From a plasmid, in the sequence record NZ_CP088995.1: 64,000 bases of DNA. One strand, written 5' to 3'. The notes below the pieces were generated by a model. It was not told the DNA's origin, did not search any database, and saw nothing but the letters and a program-made list of their open reading frames with translations. Position numbers and translations under genes: made by a program. This document shows positions 30,051-39,465 of the stretch, one piece after another (the stretch's first letter is position 1; each line of letters starts with the position of its first letter).

Positions 30051-31990
30051 GTGCGCCGGGAGACCGGTAGAGATCAAGGGGTGAAAGTCCCCGACCATTG
30101 AAGGACCAGCAATCCACAAGGTCCCCGAGTCATGCGTTGCATACCGCGAGGTATGGGGCGAAGCGTTGACAGGGGTGTTGACAGGCCAGCCATTGAGCCA
30201 CGAAATGTATATTAAATTACCGGGTGCCGACGTTGTACTGTTAACGGAAGGCAACATCATAGGGTGCGATACTGCGAGTGCCACATGGACCCGGCGGGGT
30301 CTGAGACCCTGGCATGTCAATACGATCTCTACGCGGGAACCGGGAGATCTCCCCTCTGACCATCTGCCAGTGTCGGAGATGGCCCGCACCGGGAAGACGA
30401 GGAGTCATAGCCGGTGATGTACGGAGAGGAGAAGTCGGACTCGCTCATAGTAGCGGCGAAGCAGGCGAACAACCCGAAAGGAGCGGAGTCAGTGGAGCGA
30501 AGGAGCGGGGCCAAGGGGAACGCGGAACAGCCACACATGCGCCGGACACAGAGCCGGGAAAGCATGTCACAGAGGCTGTCACGCGTGCGGGAAGCTGCGA
30601 AGCAGCGGAAGAAAGAACGGTTTACAGCATTGTTCCACCTGCTGACAGTCGAAGCACTGGAAGCCGCATTCCTCTCCCTGAGCAGGAAAGCGGCCGCCGG
30701 AGTGGATGGCATCAGGTGGATGGACTACGCCGGAAACATGAAGAACAACATAACAGATCTGCACCGGAGGCTACATCAGGGCAGCTACAGGGCGCAGCCC
30801 GGCAGGCGTCACTACATCCCAAAAGCGGATGGAAAACAACGCCCGCTCGGCATCGCCTCGCTGGAGGACAAGATCGTCCAGTATGCGCTGGTGAAAATCC
30901 TGAACGCAGTCTATGAAAACGACTTTATGGGGTTCTCATACGGGTTCAGACCCGGGCGAAGCCAGCACGATGCACTGGACGCACTGGCCACAGGGCTGGT
31001 ACGCACTAACGTAAACTGGGTACTGGATGCCGACATCAGTCAGTTCTTCGACAGGGTGAGCCACGAATGGCTGATCAGGTTCACAGAGCATCGGATCGGC
31101 GACCGGAGGGTAATCAGGCTCATACGTAAGTGGCTCACAGCCGGGACGTCGGAGGAGGGTCAATGGCGAGCAACGGAGGAAGGCACCCCACAGGGTGCGG
31201 TCATCTCACCGCTGCTGGCAAACATATACCTCCACTACGTCTTCGATCTGTGGGCGCATCAGTGGCGACGTCGCTATGCCACAGGCAATGTGGTAATGGT
31301 CAGATACGCCGATGACATCGTCATCGGGTTCGACAAACGATACGATGCCCGGCGCTTCCGTATAGCCATGCAGCGCAGACTGAGGGAGTTCGGACTCACG
31401 GTTCACCCGGAGAAAACCCGTCTGATGGAGTTCGGCCGCTTCGCTGCCGAAAACCGTGCCATCAGGGGAAAAGGCAAACCAGAAACGTTCAACTTCCTCG
31501 GGTTCACGCACATCAGCGGGAAAGATCGCAACGGCAGGTTCATGCTGATACGAAAGACCCGCCGGGATCGGATGACGGCAACTCTGAAAGCCATCAAAGA
31601 CGGTCTGCGAAGGCGCTGGCATTACTCAATCCCCGAACAGGGAAAATGGCTCAGGAGAGTGGTTCAGGGATACCTGAACTATCACTCGGTACCGGGCAAC
31701 TTCCCCACCATGCAGAAGTTCAGGACACACGTAACAAACCTCTGGCGCCGGGCGCTCAGGCGCAGGAGCCAGAAGGATGATACGACCTGGACGAAAGCAA
31801 ACAAACTGGCAGCCGCATGGCTACCAAGGGTTCGGGTTCTTCATCCATGGCCTGTGGAGCGGTTCACCGCCAGACACCCGAGGCAGGAGCCCGGTGCGTA
31901 AATCGCGCACGCCGGGATCTGTGCGGGGGGTATCCGGTAACGGGTATCCCTACCGCGACATATTTAACAGCGTGACGATAATCCAGATCG
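30051..31990 (+). mobile_element. Bacterial group II intron (~1.9 kb). The 5' end is GTGCG at 30051. The 3' boundary is approximate (31960-32010).
   Basis: Starts with the conserved GUGCG. Encodes an RT/maturase after ~490 nt of domains I-III. No endonuclease domain. Confidence 0.7.
30537..31901 (+). CDS. Group II intron reverse transcriptase/maturase (RT domains 0-7 with YADD, X/thumb domain; no En domain)
   Basis: …RVREAAKQRKKERFTALFHLLT… …RYADDIVIGF…. Start uncertain: 30414, 30537 or 30567. Confidence 0.85.
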   Translation: MRRTQSRESMSQRLSRVREAAKQRKKERFTALFHLLTVEALEAAFLSLSRKAAAGVDGIRWMDYAGNMKNNITDLHRRLHQGSYRAQPGRRHYIPKADGKQRPLGIASLEDKIVQYALVKILNAVYENDFMGFSYGFRPGRSQHDALDALATGLVRTNVNWVLDADISQFFDRVSHEWLIRFTEHRIGDRRVIRLIRKWLTAGTSEEGQWRATEEGTPQGAVISPLLANIYLHYVFDLWAHQWRRRYATGNVVMVRYADDIVIGFDKRYDARRFRIAMQRRLREFGLTVHPEKTRLMEFGRFAAENRAIRGKGKPETFNFLGFTHISGKDRNGRFMLIRKTRRDRMTATLKAIKDGLRRRWHYSIPEQGKWLRRVVQGYLNYHSVPGNFPTMQKFRTHVTNLWRRALRRRSQKDDTTWTKANKLAAAWLPRVRVLHPWPVERFTARHPRQEPGA

Positions 31991-32029
31991 CATGCCTTAA
32001 GAACATTTTGAGTAAATAAAGGTGTTCAA

Positions 32030-32140
32030 AATGCTTATATTAATCATTTTGATATTTTTATATTGCTCATATTGAGAAATATTACTTTGTTTTTTTCATT
32101 TTGCTCTTATAATTGGTATCAAATTGAGTGTAACTAACGG
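32030..32140 (+). promoter_or_regulatory. AT-rich region with short repeats upstream of stbA. Candidate parC-like centromere/promoter.
   Basis: TTTTGATATTTTTATATTGCTCATATTGAG… lies upstream of the ParM-like gene. Confidence 0.35.
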
Positions 32141-32146
32141 AGCATA

Positions 32147-33121
32147 TTGATGAATATTTACTGCGATGATGGTTCAACTAATGTTAAGCTGGCATGGTTT
32201 GAAGGCGATGAGCTTCAGACCCGGGTTTCTGCGAACTCCTTCCGGCATGGCTGGAAAGTGGCGGAATTCAGTGCGGCAACGTTCAACTATCAGGTGGGGA
32301 CGCTGAAATACACCTGGGACAGCGTCAGTCGGGATGCCATCCCGACAACAAACGTGGAATATCAGTACGGTGATCTCAACCTGCTGGCCGTGCATCATGC
32401 GCTGCTGAACAGCGGACTGGAGCCGCAGCCGGTGAGCCTGACCGTGACGCTGCCCCTGAGTGAGTATTACGACGGGGACTGCCAGCGGAACGAGGAGAAC
32501 ATACGACGCAAACGGGAAAACCTGATGCGTGAGCTGGTTCTGAATAAGGGCAGGGCATTTACCGTAACGGACGTGAAGGTGATGCCGGAATCACTACCGG
32601 CGGCGTTCTCCCGTCTCGCGGAGCTGAAACCCGGCCCCGCTGAGACCACCCTGATTATCGATCTCGGTGGTACCACGCTCGATGCCGGTGTGATTGTCGG
32701 CCAGTTTGATGATATCAGTGCGGTGCACGGTAATCCGTCTGTCGGTGTGTCACAGGTCACCCGCGCAGCTGCAGGCGCGCTGCGTGCGGCAGACAGCGAA
32801 ACCAGCGCCCTCATCGCTGACACTGTCATCCGCAACCGCAATGATCGTCAGTATCTGCAGCGTGTGATCAACGATGCCGGTAAAATTGACGAGGTTCGGA
32901 ACAAAATAACAGAGGCAATCACTTCCCTGGGGGCGCGTGTCACCAGTGAGCTGACGGCCTTCAGGAACGTTAACCGGGTATTCCTGGTCGGGGGAGGGGC
33001 TTCCCTCATAGAAGAAGCTATCCGTCAGGCCTGGCCTCTGGCTCATGACCGTATCGAGGTTATAGGCGATCCGCAGATGGCGCTGGCCAGGGAGATTGCC
33101 CTTTACAATAAAGAGGACTAA
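32147..33121 (+). CDS. stbA: Actin-like segregation ATPase ParM/StbA (324 aa)
   Basis: Actin-fold motifs, e.g. DDGSTNVK and LIIDLGGTTLD. Confidence 0.8.
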   Translation: MMNIYCDDGSTNVKLAWFEGDELQTRVSANSFRHGWKVAEFSAATFNYQVGTLKYTWDSVSRDAIPTTNVEYQYGDLNLLAVHHALLNSGLEPQPVSLTVTLPLSEYYDGDCQRNEENIRRKRENLMRELVLNKGRAFTVTDVKVMPESLPAAFSRLAELKPGPAETTLIIDLGGTTLDAGVIVGQFDDISAVHGNPSVGVSQVTRAAAGALRAADSETSALIADTVIRNRNDRQYLQRVINDAGKIDEVRNKITEAITSLGARVTSELTAFRNVNRVFLVGGGASLIEEAIRQAWPLAHDRIEVIGDPQMALAREIALYNKED

Positions 33122-33123
33122 AC

Positions 33124-33795
33124 GTGCCGGACGGCCAGTATTCTTTCTATCTGCACAGCGACGATCGCACCGACATCGCGGCGATGGCAACCATCAGCAC
33201 CATCTCACAGCCCCTGCGCGGTGAGTTCATCCGTACCGCCGCCACCGCCGGGGCGGTGGTATACCAGGTGGATGCCCGTTTACCGGCGCTGATCCCGGTG
33301 TTCTTTGCCGGGCAGCTAAGCGCTGTCCGCCTTTGCGCCGTGATGGCCCTGGTCTCCGGAACCTGGTCCTCACTCACCGGCCTTCCGGATGAGCCCGAAA
33401 ATGGTGGGGCTGCTCTGCCCGTGTCACCGGAGACGGAATACCAGCGCCGGCGTTACACCCTGACGCTTCAGAATGGCCGGAGTGGGGAACGGGTGGAAAG
33501 TGTGCTGACGGAAGCGTCATCCCGTCTGCGTGGGGATCTGCTGAGAAACCTGATTATCACCGGTCTTGCCCTCCACACGACGGCGCCTGAACTGCCGCGC
33601 CTGCTGGCCAGTATGCCGGTACCGCCCACCTCGGTCAGTGAGCTGCAGGCACTGGTTCAGCAGATGGCCGGCACCGCTGACGTGAACAGGGCTGCAGCTG
33701 CAGTACCGGATACGCCGGCAGCATCTGCCGCGCCGGTGTCCGGGTCGGATACCCGGGAAATAAAGAAAAATATGCGGCGTGCATTCGGCGACTAA
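33124..33795 (+). CDS. stbB: ParR/StbB-like plasmid stability protein (223 aa)
   Basis: Immediately downstream of stbA in the operon. No strong motif. Confidence 0.5.
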   Translation: MPDGQYSFYLHSDDRTDIAAMATISTISQPLRGEFIRTAATAGAVVYQVDARLPALIPVFFAGQLSAVRLCAVMALVSGTWSSLTGLPDEPENGGAALPVSPETEYQRRRYTLTLQNGRSGERVESVLTEASSRLRGDLLRNLIITGLALHTTAPELPRLLASMPVPPTSVSELQALVQQMAGTADVNRAAAAVPDTPAASAAPVSGSDTREIKKNMRRAFGD

Positions 33796-33857
33796 CAGTA
33801 CGAATCACATCCACTACTACACCGATTTCAAATGACTGGCATCCCAGGGCGGTTCTC

Positions 33858-34088
33858 ATGTCACCAGGATTCAGAAATGTTCTCCGTCTCGCCCGCATTC
33901 CCGTCGACAGCAGTGAACCGGTGCGAAGAAAATTTGGCAGCCGGCTGATTGGCATTGTGACGGTATGTCTGCTTCCGCTTCTGGTTTTCGACGTTCCGCA
34001 GTGGGTTTTCATTTTGTCGCAGGTCATCTGGGGGGCGGGCGTCTATATTGGCCTGTCCCTGGCCGGGGATAAATCCCTGAACCGCTGA
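33858..34088 (+). CDS. Small hypothetical membrane protein (76 aa)
   Basis: Two hydrophobic helices. Confidence 0.35.
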   Translation: MSPGFRNVLRLARIPVDSSEPVRRKFGSRLIGIVTVCLLPLLVFDVPQWVFILSQVIWGAGVYIGLSLAGDKSLNR

Positions 34089-34524
34089 TACAAACTTTCC
34101 GGTTGTTCAAAAAAAGAACAGACGTGGTGGCGTCTGTTCTCCCGCGCTTCTCCGTCGTTTGCCTTCAGGTTATCCACAATTTTAAGCCCCGGATTTGTGG
34201 ACAGGTATGCCGGTAATTCCCCGTTCGCCTGGAGTTAACGCCAGCCTGCCGCCCGCTGCCAGTGTCTCGCGTCCGGTCTGGTACGGGACGGGCGGTTTTT
34301 CCGCTCCGGCCCGGCGTCGTTGAGAGTGTACGCCAGTCCCTCGCCCTTTTAAGGAACGCCCTTCAAGCCGCTTTCGCGGCATATCCTTGCCGTCCAAAAG
34401 ACGGACGGCTGCGGTATTCCACGGTCGGCCTGACCCGTGACCGGACGCGATGAACAGGCAGCGTGCGGCAGGGAACGGTATCGCGGTGATGCCTCCTGCC
34501 CCCTCAGACTACAGGAGTGCTGCC

Positions 34525-35226
34525 ATGTCCAGATTCATTCTCGGGAACTGTATTGATGTGATGCGCGGATTCCCCGACCGTGCCGTGGACCTTATTGTGA
34601 CCGATCCGCCTTACCTCGTCGGTTTTAAGGACCGTCAGGGCAGACAGATTGCCGGGGATGTGACGGACGAATGGCTGCAACCGGCCACGCTGGAGATGTA
34701 CCGCGTCCTTAAAAAAGACGCGCTGATGGTGAGCTTCTACGGCTGGAACCGTGTGGACCGCTTTATGGCCGCGTGGAAGGCGGCAGGATTCTATGCCGTG
34801 GGCCAGCTTGTGTTCACCAAAAACTATGCCTCCAACCGTCGTAACGCCAGGGCCCGACGCGGATTTGTGGACTACTGCCATGAAGGGGCTTATGTCCTTG
34901 CCAAAGGCCGCCCCGTGCCGCCCCTTAAACCGCTGCCGGATGTGCTGCCCTTCCCGTATACCGGTAATACCCTGCATCCGACGCAGAAACCAGTGGAGGC
35001 GCTACAGCCGCTGATTGAGTCATTCAGCGCTCCGGGCGCGATTGTTCTCGACCCGTTTGCCGGAAGCGGTTCGACCTGCGTCGCTGCATACCGTGCCGGA
35101 CGCCGCTATATCGGCATCGAAATGCTGGCGCAGTACCACCGGGCCGGAACCGAACGACTGGCCGCCATGCACCGGGCCGTAAATACCCCGGCGGCGAACG
35201 ATGAATGGCTTCCGGAGGCCGCGTAA
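34525..35226 (+). CDS. Orphan DNA N6-adenine/N4-cytosine methyltransferase (DPPY motif IV, FAGSGST motif I)
   Basis: …LIVTDPPYLVGF… …DPFAGSGSTCVAA…. No adjacent restriction gene. Confidence 0.8.
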   Translation: MSRFILGNCIDVMRGFPDRAVDLIVTDPPYLVGFKDRQGRQIAGDVTDEWLQPATLEMYRVLKKDALMVSFYGWNRVDRFMAAWKAAGFYAVGQLVFTKNYASNRRNARARRGFVDYCHEGAYVLAKGRPVPPLKPLPDVLPFPYTGNTLHPTQKPVEALQPLIESFSAPGAIVLDPFAGSGSTCVAAYRAGRRYIGIEMLAQYHRAGTERLAAMHRAVNTPAANDEWLPEAA

Positions 35227-35447
35227 TGAATTACGACGGACACGAAGCCCTGCGCCGCGATATGGCCGGGCTGGCGAACAATCTTTGCGACCTGAAAACC
35301 ACCCTGAAAGTGCTGGAAGACACGTACCACTACCGGTACGACGGACTGGCGGAACGGCTTGCCGGTATCAGTCTGCGACGTCTCAGCGTCCTGATGGATG
35401 AGGCGTTCAATATTGCACTGATGCTCGATGAAAGCTTTCTGGATTGA
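35226..35447 (+). CDS. Hypothetical protein (73 aa)
   Basis: ATG overlaps the methylase stop (TAATG). Confidence 0.4.
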   Translation: MNYDGHEALRRDMAGLANNLCDLKTTLKVLEDTYHYRYDGLAERLAGISLRRLSVLMDEAFNIALMLDESFLD

Positions 35448-35456
35448 GGAGAGAAC

Positions 35457-35876
35457 ATGTACGGAACCCGTGAAGATCTTTGCAGGATGCTGAATGAGCA
35501 ATATCCCGCAGAAACCCCGCTGAACCTGATTATCTGGACCCCGGCGGATATTGAAGCACTGGCTGACGGGATGGAATATTCCTTTTCAGAACATGACGTA
35601 AGGGCAGTACTGGAACGCATGGACACTATACCGGAAGAACAACGGCTTGAGTCGGGCGTGTCAGCCGGCCTGGTGATGGCACTGATAGACCAGGTGAAAG
35701 AGAACGGGCAGAGGGTGACTGTGCCGGTTGACCTGCTTGAAACCCTGCTGATTACCGCCGAACAGGCATTGTGGGACAGGGAATGGACCGCACGGGATCG
35801 CAATCTCCCGGTGCCGGAAAGCGTAATGCGCCGCCTGGCGGATACAGCAAAAGTGCGGGCATTACTGAAAAGCTGA
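35457..35876 (+). CDS. Hypothetical leading-region protein (139 aa)
   Basis: ORF with RBS. Confidence 0.45.
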   Translation: MYGTREDLCRMLNEQYPAETPLNLIIWTPADIEALADGMEYSFSEHDVRAVLERMDTIPEEQRLESGVSAGLVMALIDQVKENGQRVTVPVDLLETLLITAEQALWDREWTARDRNLPVPESVMRRLADTAKVRALLKS

Positions 35877-35929
35877 CAGCAGATCGCCCCGCCACGCGGC
35901 GGGGTGATATAACCCGGACAGAGACGATA

Positions 35930-36697
35930 ATGATGAAAAAAGAAACCCTTAACACGCTTATTCTGCGTCACGGCGACCGGATGCTGCGCCAGGCTGGCTG
36001 GCCCGACACTGTTGATATGGCGCCCGTCGCCCCCGAAACCGTACCCGGCTGGCTTGCCGCCTGCGGCTCTCTCAGTGGCGTGGAAATCCTCACGCTTACG
36101 GAACAGCTTTGTCAGCCGCTGACGTATGGCCGGGCAGCGTTGTTGCTCGCCAGCGCCCGGCGGCTGGCGGGAACCCCGGCTCGTCTGCATCTCTTTCCGG
36201 TGCAGGCATATCCGCATCCGGAGCGGCTGGCTGACTGTCAGGTTATCCGCCTGCCTTACGCTCAGGAGTGGCTGACAGCGGCGGAATGTGACGATCTGCT
36301 GGCCTTCCTGAAAGCCTCCCTCACGCAGATATCGGAAATCGTCCACCGGGATACGAAGCGCATCGCCGCCGCGCTTACGCCGTCCGTCAATCCCCGTCTG
36401 ATGGACAGGCGGATCGGTGACTGGCGCTTGCTGGCCGTGGAGTATGATCATGATAACTGCCTGGACGAAGACGAAACCGACAGGCTGGATCAGGTCCTCG
36501 ATGCCATTCTGATTCGCGATGCGCGATTCTGCCCGGTCCTGCTCACCCTGGTTAACGAGCGGGAGGAAACTATCAGGAGCGCAGGGGTTATCGCTGATCA
36601 GCTGCGTTTTACGGACACTCCGGTCCGGCGCTGGTTTGATCGCCGGGTTTTAAGGGAAATGGTGAGAGAGGCCCGCGCCAGCAGAACTCAGGAGTGA
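35930..36697 (+). CDS. Hypothetical leading-region protein (~255 aa)
   Basis: ORF. Start chosen at MMKKETL. Confidence 0.45.
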   Translation: MMKKETLNTLILRHGDRMLRQAGWPDTVDMAPVAPETVPGWLAACGSLSGVEILTLTEQLCQPLTYGRAALLLASARRLAGTPARLHLFPVQAYPHPERLADCQVIRLPYAQEWLTAAECDDLLAFLKASLTQISEIVHRDTKRIAAALTPSVNPRLMDRRIGDWRLLAVEYDHDNCLDEDETDRLDQVLDAILIRDARFCPVLLTLVNEREETIRSAGVIADQLRFTDTPVRRWFDRRVLREMVREARASRTQE

Positions 36698-36719
36698 CAG
36701 CCCGGAGCGTCAGGGGAGG

Positions 36720-37360
36720 GGGACCCTCCCTTGTCAGCCTGCCGGCACAGGAGGTGTGGTGCGATAAGGATGTCGCCGTGCCGGCTCCGCGTCCACCCGG
36801 CCCGGTTTCCGGGCCTTTTGGGTGAACACAACCCTCTGTTATCGCCGTGCCGTGTGCTGGCTGTGCCGTGCCTTCACTTTAGCCCGGCAGCCGCAGAGGC
36901 TGGAGTTCGCTGGCGCCGCCATCCCCGGATAAGGCAGTCGCCGGCTTGCCGTTGCCGCCGGCTCCGCTTCACCCGGCCCCATCCCTCCGGTCCGTGGCCT
37001 TATTACTGCGTCTGTCGCGTTGCGACATCTGCTTCCGCTTTTCTCCCGGTGGTCGAAAAACGGGGGAGAGAAACCCTGTATTCAACCTCCTGCATCGCGA
37101 CGGGTAGTGCCGTGCCTTCACTTTAGCCCGGCCGCTGCAGATGCAAGGGTGCGCTGACGCCGCCATCCTCGCCCGGTCGCAGGTTTTTTATGATGCTCGC
37201 CGTTCTTCCCGTCGTTTTCTCGCTCAGGTTTCGCTCGAAAACCGTCCAGACCAGCTTCGCGCTATATCTGCGCTGCGGCCTCCGGTGTCGCCCCTGCATC
37301 TTCCGCTTTTCGCCGGGCTGTCGTGTCGGCACGGCACAACCCGGTGCCGCAGTCTATGTG
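36720..37360 (+). repeat. GC-rich ~640-bp non-coding region containing the direct repeat TGCCGTGCCTTCACTTTAGCCCGG twice (36857-36882 and 37108-37131). Possible single-strand initiation/promoter element.
   Basis: No credible ORF. The repeat and many local palindromes lie upstream of the klcA paralog. Confidence 0.4.
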
Positions 37361-37377
37361 ATTACGGAGGTTTATCC

Positions 37378-37806
37378 ATGCAGTATGTGAATACATGCCC
37401 GGTCCTGAATGTTGAGGAGTCCGACCGCCTGTCTTTTATGCCGTACCTGTTCGGCACGGATTTCATGCTCGCGGAATTACAGGTGTACGCTCTGGCCAAA
37501 AAATGGATGCCCGAATATGAGGGCGGCTTCTGGCATTTTATTCGCCTGCCGGAGGGGGGCGGCTACATGATGCCGGATTGTGGCCGGGTACATCTGGTCA
37601 GTAGCGAAAACTGGTTTGATCGCACTGTCAGCGCCGACGCGGCGGGCATTATTCTGACCAGCCTGGCGATTAATCGCCGTCTGGCGGCCCATCATGACAG
37701 CAGTAACCCGGCGCTGACTCGCCTTTATATGCTGCGTGATGCCCAGCTCTGGAATCACATCACCTTTCACCCCGAATGCAGTGCTATTTACGCCGCGCTG
37801 GACTGA
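37378..37806 (+). CDS. Second KlcA/ArdB-family antirestriction paralog (142 aa)
   Basis: Shares the layout and the …SADAAGI… motif with klcA at 566-991. RBS GGAGG. Confidence 0.65.
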   Translation: MQYVNTCPVLNVEESDRLSFMPYLFGTDFMLAELQVYALAKKWMPEYEGGFWHFIRLPEGGGYMMPDCGRVHLVSSENWFDRTVSADAAGIILTSLAINRRLAAHHDSSNPALTRLYMLRDAQLWNHITFHPECSAIYAALD

Positions 37807-37848
37807 TTAACGACCGGGGCGGTTACACCGCCCCGCAGGGAGACAAAA

Positions 37849-38355
37849 ATGACTTCATCAGTAACCGTTCCGGCCGTCTACGTGGGCACATATCACCAGT
37901 ACAACGGCGGCAGTATTTTTGGCAAATGGTTTGATTTAACCGACTTCGACGACGAAGACGAATTTTATGACGCCTGCCGGGCGTTGCATGCCGCCGAGGA
38001 TGACCCCGAGTTTATGTTTCAGGACTGGGAAGGGATCCCGTCTCAGTTTGCCTCTGAATCCTCTGTTAAGTGGGCGTTTATCGAGGCATTCCGGCAGGCG
38101 CAGGACGAAGGACGCGCTGCCGCGTTTGTGGCCTGGGCGGACTATACCGGCGAGTGCGACTATGACGCCTTTGATGAGGCGTATTGTGGCGAGGCTGAAA
38201 GCGAGGAGGATTTTGCTTATGGCTTTGTGGAGGATCACGGCCTGTTAAACGAGGTGCCTGAATCCCTGCGCGTCTATTTCGATTATGAGGCTTACGCGCG
38301 GGATCTGTTCAGCAGCGGCTATGTCTTCCATGAAGGCTATGTATTCAGCAACTGA
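37849..38355 (+). CDS. ardA: Antirestriction protein ArdA (168 aa, DNA mimic)
   Basis: …VPAVYVGTYHQYNGGSIFGKWFDLTDFDDEDEFYDACRALH… is the ArdA family. Confidence 0.85.
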   Translation: MTSSVTVPAVYVGTYHQYNGGSIFGKWFDLTDFDDEDEFYDACRALHAAEDDPEFMFQDWEGIPSQFASESSVKWAFIEAFRQAQDEGRAAAFVAWADYTGECDYDAFDEAYCGEAESEEDFAYGFVEDHGLLNEVPESLRVYFDYEAYARDLFSSGYVFHEGYVFSN

Positions 38356-38397
38356 TGACTATCCGGCGGGGAAGCCCGCCGGTTAAGGAGAAAGCAC

Positions 38398-38589
38398 ATG
38401 AAACTTGCACCACAAAGCCGCGATATCCTGCGACAGTACAAAGCCCTGATTAATGCCCGCCGCCGCGATGCCGGTCAGCGGGAACTGACCACTGCGCAGG
38501 TGATGGATGAAATCTGCGAATACATGACCTGTCAGTGCGCCGTCTATATTGGCGGCCATTTCATTCTTCAGGGGGGAAAGGCACGATAA
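38398..38589 (+). CDS. Small hypothetical protein (63 aa)
   Basis: ORF with RBS AAGGAG. Confidence 0.35.
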   Translation: MKLAPQSRDILRQYKALINARRRDAGQRELTTAQVMDEICEYMTCQCAVYIGGHFILQGGKAR

Positions 38590-38776
38590 ATCACAGGGCA
38601 GGGGGGAACCTCTGCCGCTTCCGGCCGCGCGAAAACCCGGGCAGGCTGCGCCTGCCGGAGAGAGACGTCGCCGCGCCTCCGGCGCCGCGCACTCTCCTCT
38701 CCGTTGTCAGTCGCTGTTGCCCCGGAATTCGCGTATTATCAGGGATATCTTCCTGTAAAGCAGACCGGTAAAGCAT

Positions 38777-39031
38777 ATGTCAAAGTGGAATATCGCCTCT
38801 TTTTCAAAGGAGGAGCAGGATAAAGTTGCCGTCGATAAGGTGGCTGCTGCTGTTGCCTGGCAGGAGCGCATGAACAAGCCCGTCGTGCCGGAACTTGTTG
38901 AACGGGAACAGCCTGAACACCTGCGCGAATATTTCCATGAACGGCTCCGCGTACATCGACTGAACAGTCAGCAGCTGCCGCGCGCAAATGCGCCCGAATA
39001 TAATAAACCCGGAGATGAGCAGCAGAAGTGA
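38777..39031 (+). CDS. Small hypothetical protein (84 aa)
   Basis: ORF. Confidence 0.35.
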   Translation: MSKWNIASFSKEEQDKVAVDKVAAAVAWQERMNKPVVPELVEREQPEHLREYFHERLRVHRLNSQQLPRANAPEYNKPGDEQQK

Positions 39032-39065
39032 TTCTTATAGTCAGTGTGTCCAGGGAGGAAATTTT

Positions 39066-39386
39066 ATGCGTATGTCTCTGATGTTTGCAGCCGTGACGCT
39101 TTTAACCGGTATTAACCTGTTTTTTATTCCGTTTCAGCCTGTTCCGGCTCTGTGGGGGGCTATCCTGGCCGTTGCTTTTGTTCTGATTAATGTCGTGGCG
39201 GATAAGCTGCGCCTCTGGAGTGGCATTGCGTGGATTATCGTTGCCGGCATCATCATAACGCTGATGCTGAAGGGGAAAGAGCCGGGTGACGAATTACGCG
39301 GGTTGATCACCGTTTTTGCTTTCCTGGCTTCGGCCTGGTACTGCGTTGTACAGTACAGAAAAGAGCAGGGCGAATCTCAGTCCTGA
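39066..39386 (+). CDS. Small membrane protein (106 aa, 3 TM helices)
   Basis: RBS GGAGG. Hydrophobic. Confidence 0.45.
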   Translation: MRMSLMFAAVTLLTGINLFFIPFQPVPALWGAILAVAFVLINVVADKLRLWSGIAWIIVAGIIITLMLKGKEPGDELRGLITVFAFLASAWYCVVQYRKEQGESQS

Positions 39387-39465
39387 CCTGACCGGTACCC
39401 TTCATCTTGCTGCTGCTCTTCCTCTGGCTTTGCCTCACTTTCCTTTCACACAATCTGCTCCGGGG

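Noticed and set aside
31990-32140. Possible continuation of the group II intron or a separate small gene (31777-32019 ORF)
   Set aside because: The ORF overlaps the intron 3' domains and the AT-rich parMR promoter region. No independent support. The intron 3' boundary is left approximate.
35330-36451. 373-aa minus-strand ORF
   Set aside because: Runs antisense across three consecutive plus-strand genes with RBSs. GC-rich shadow ORF.
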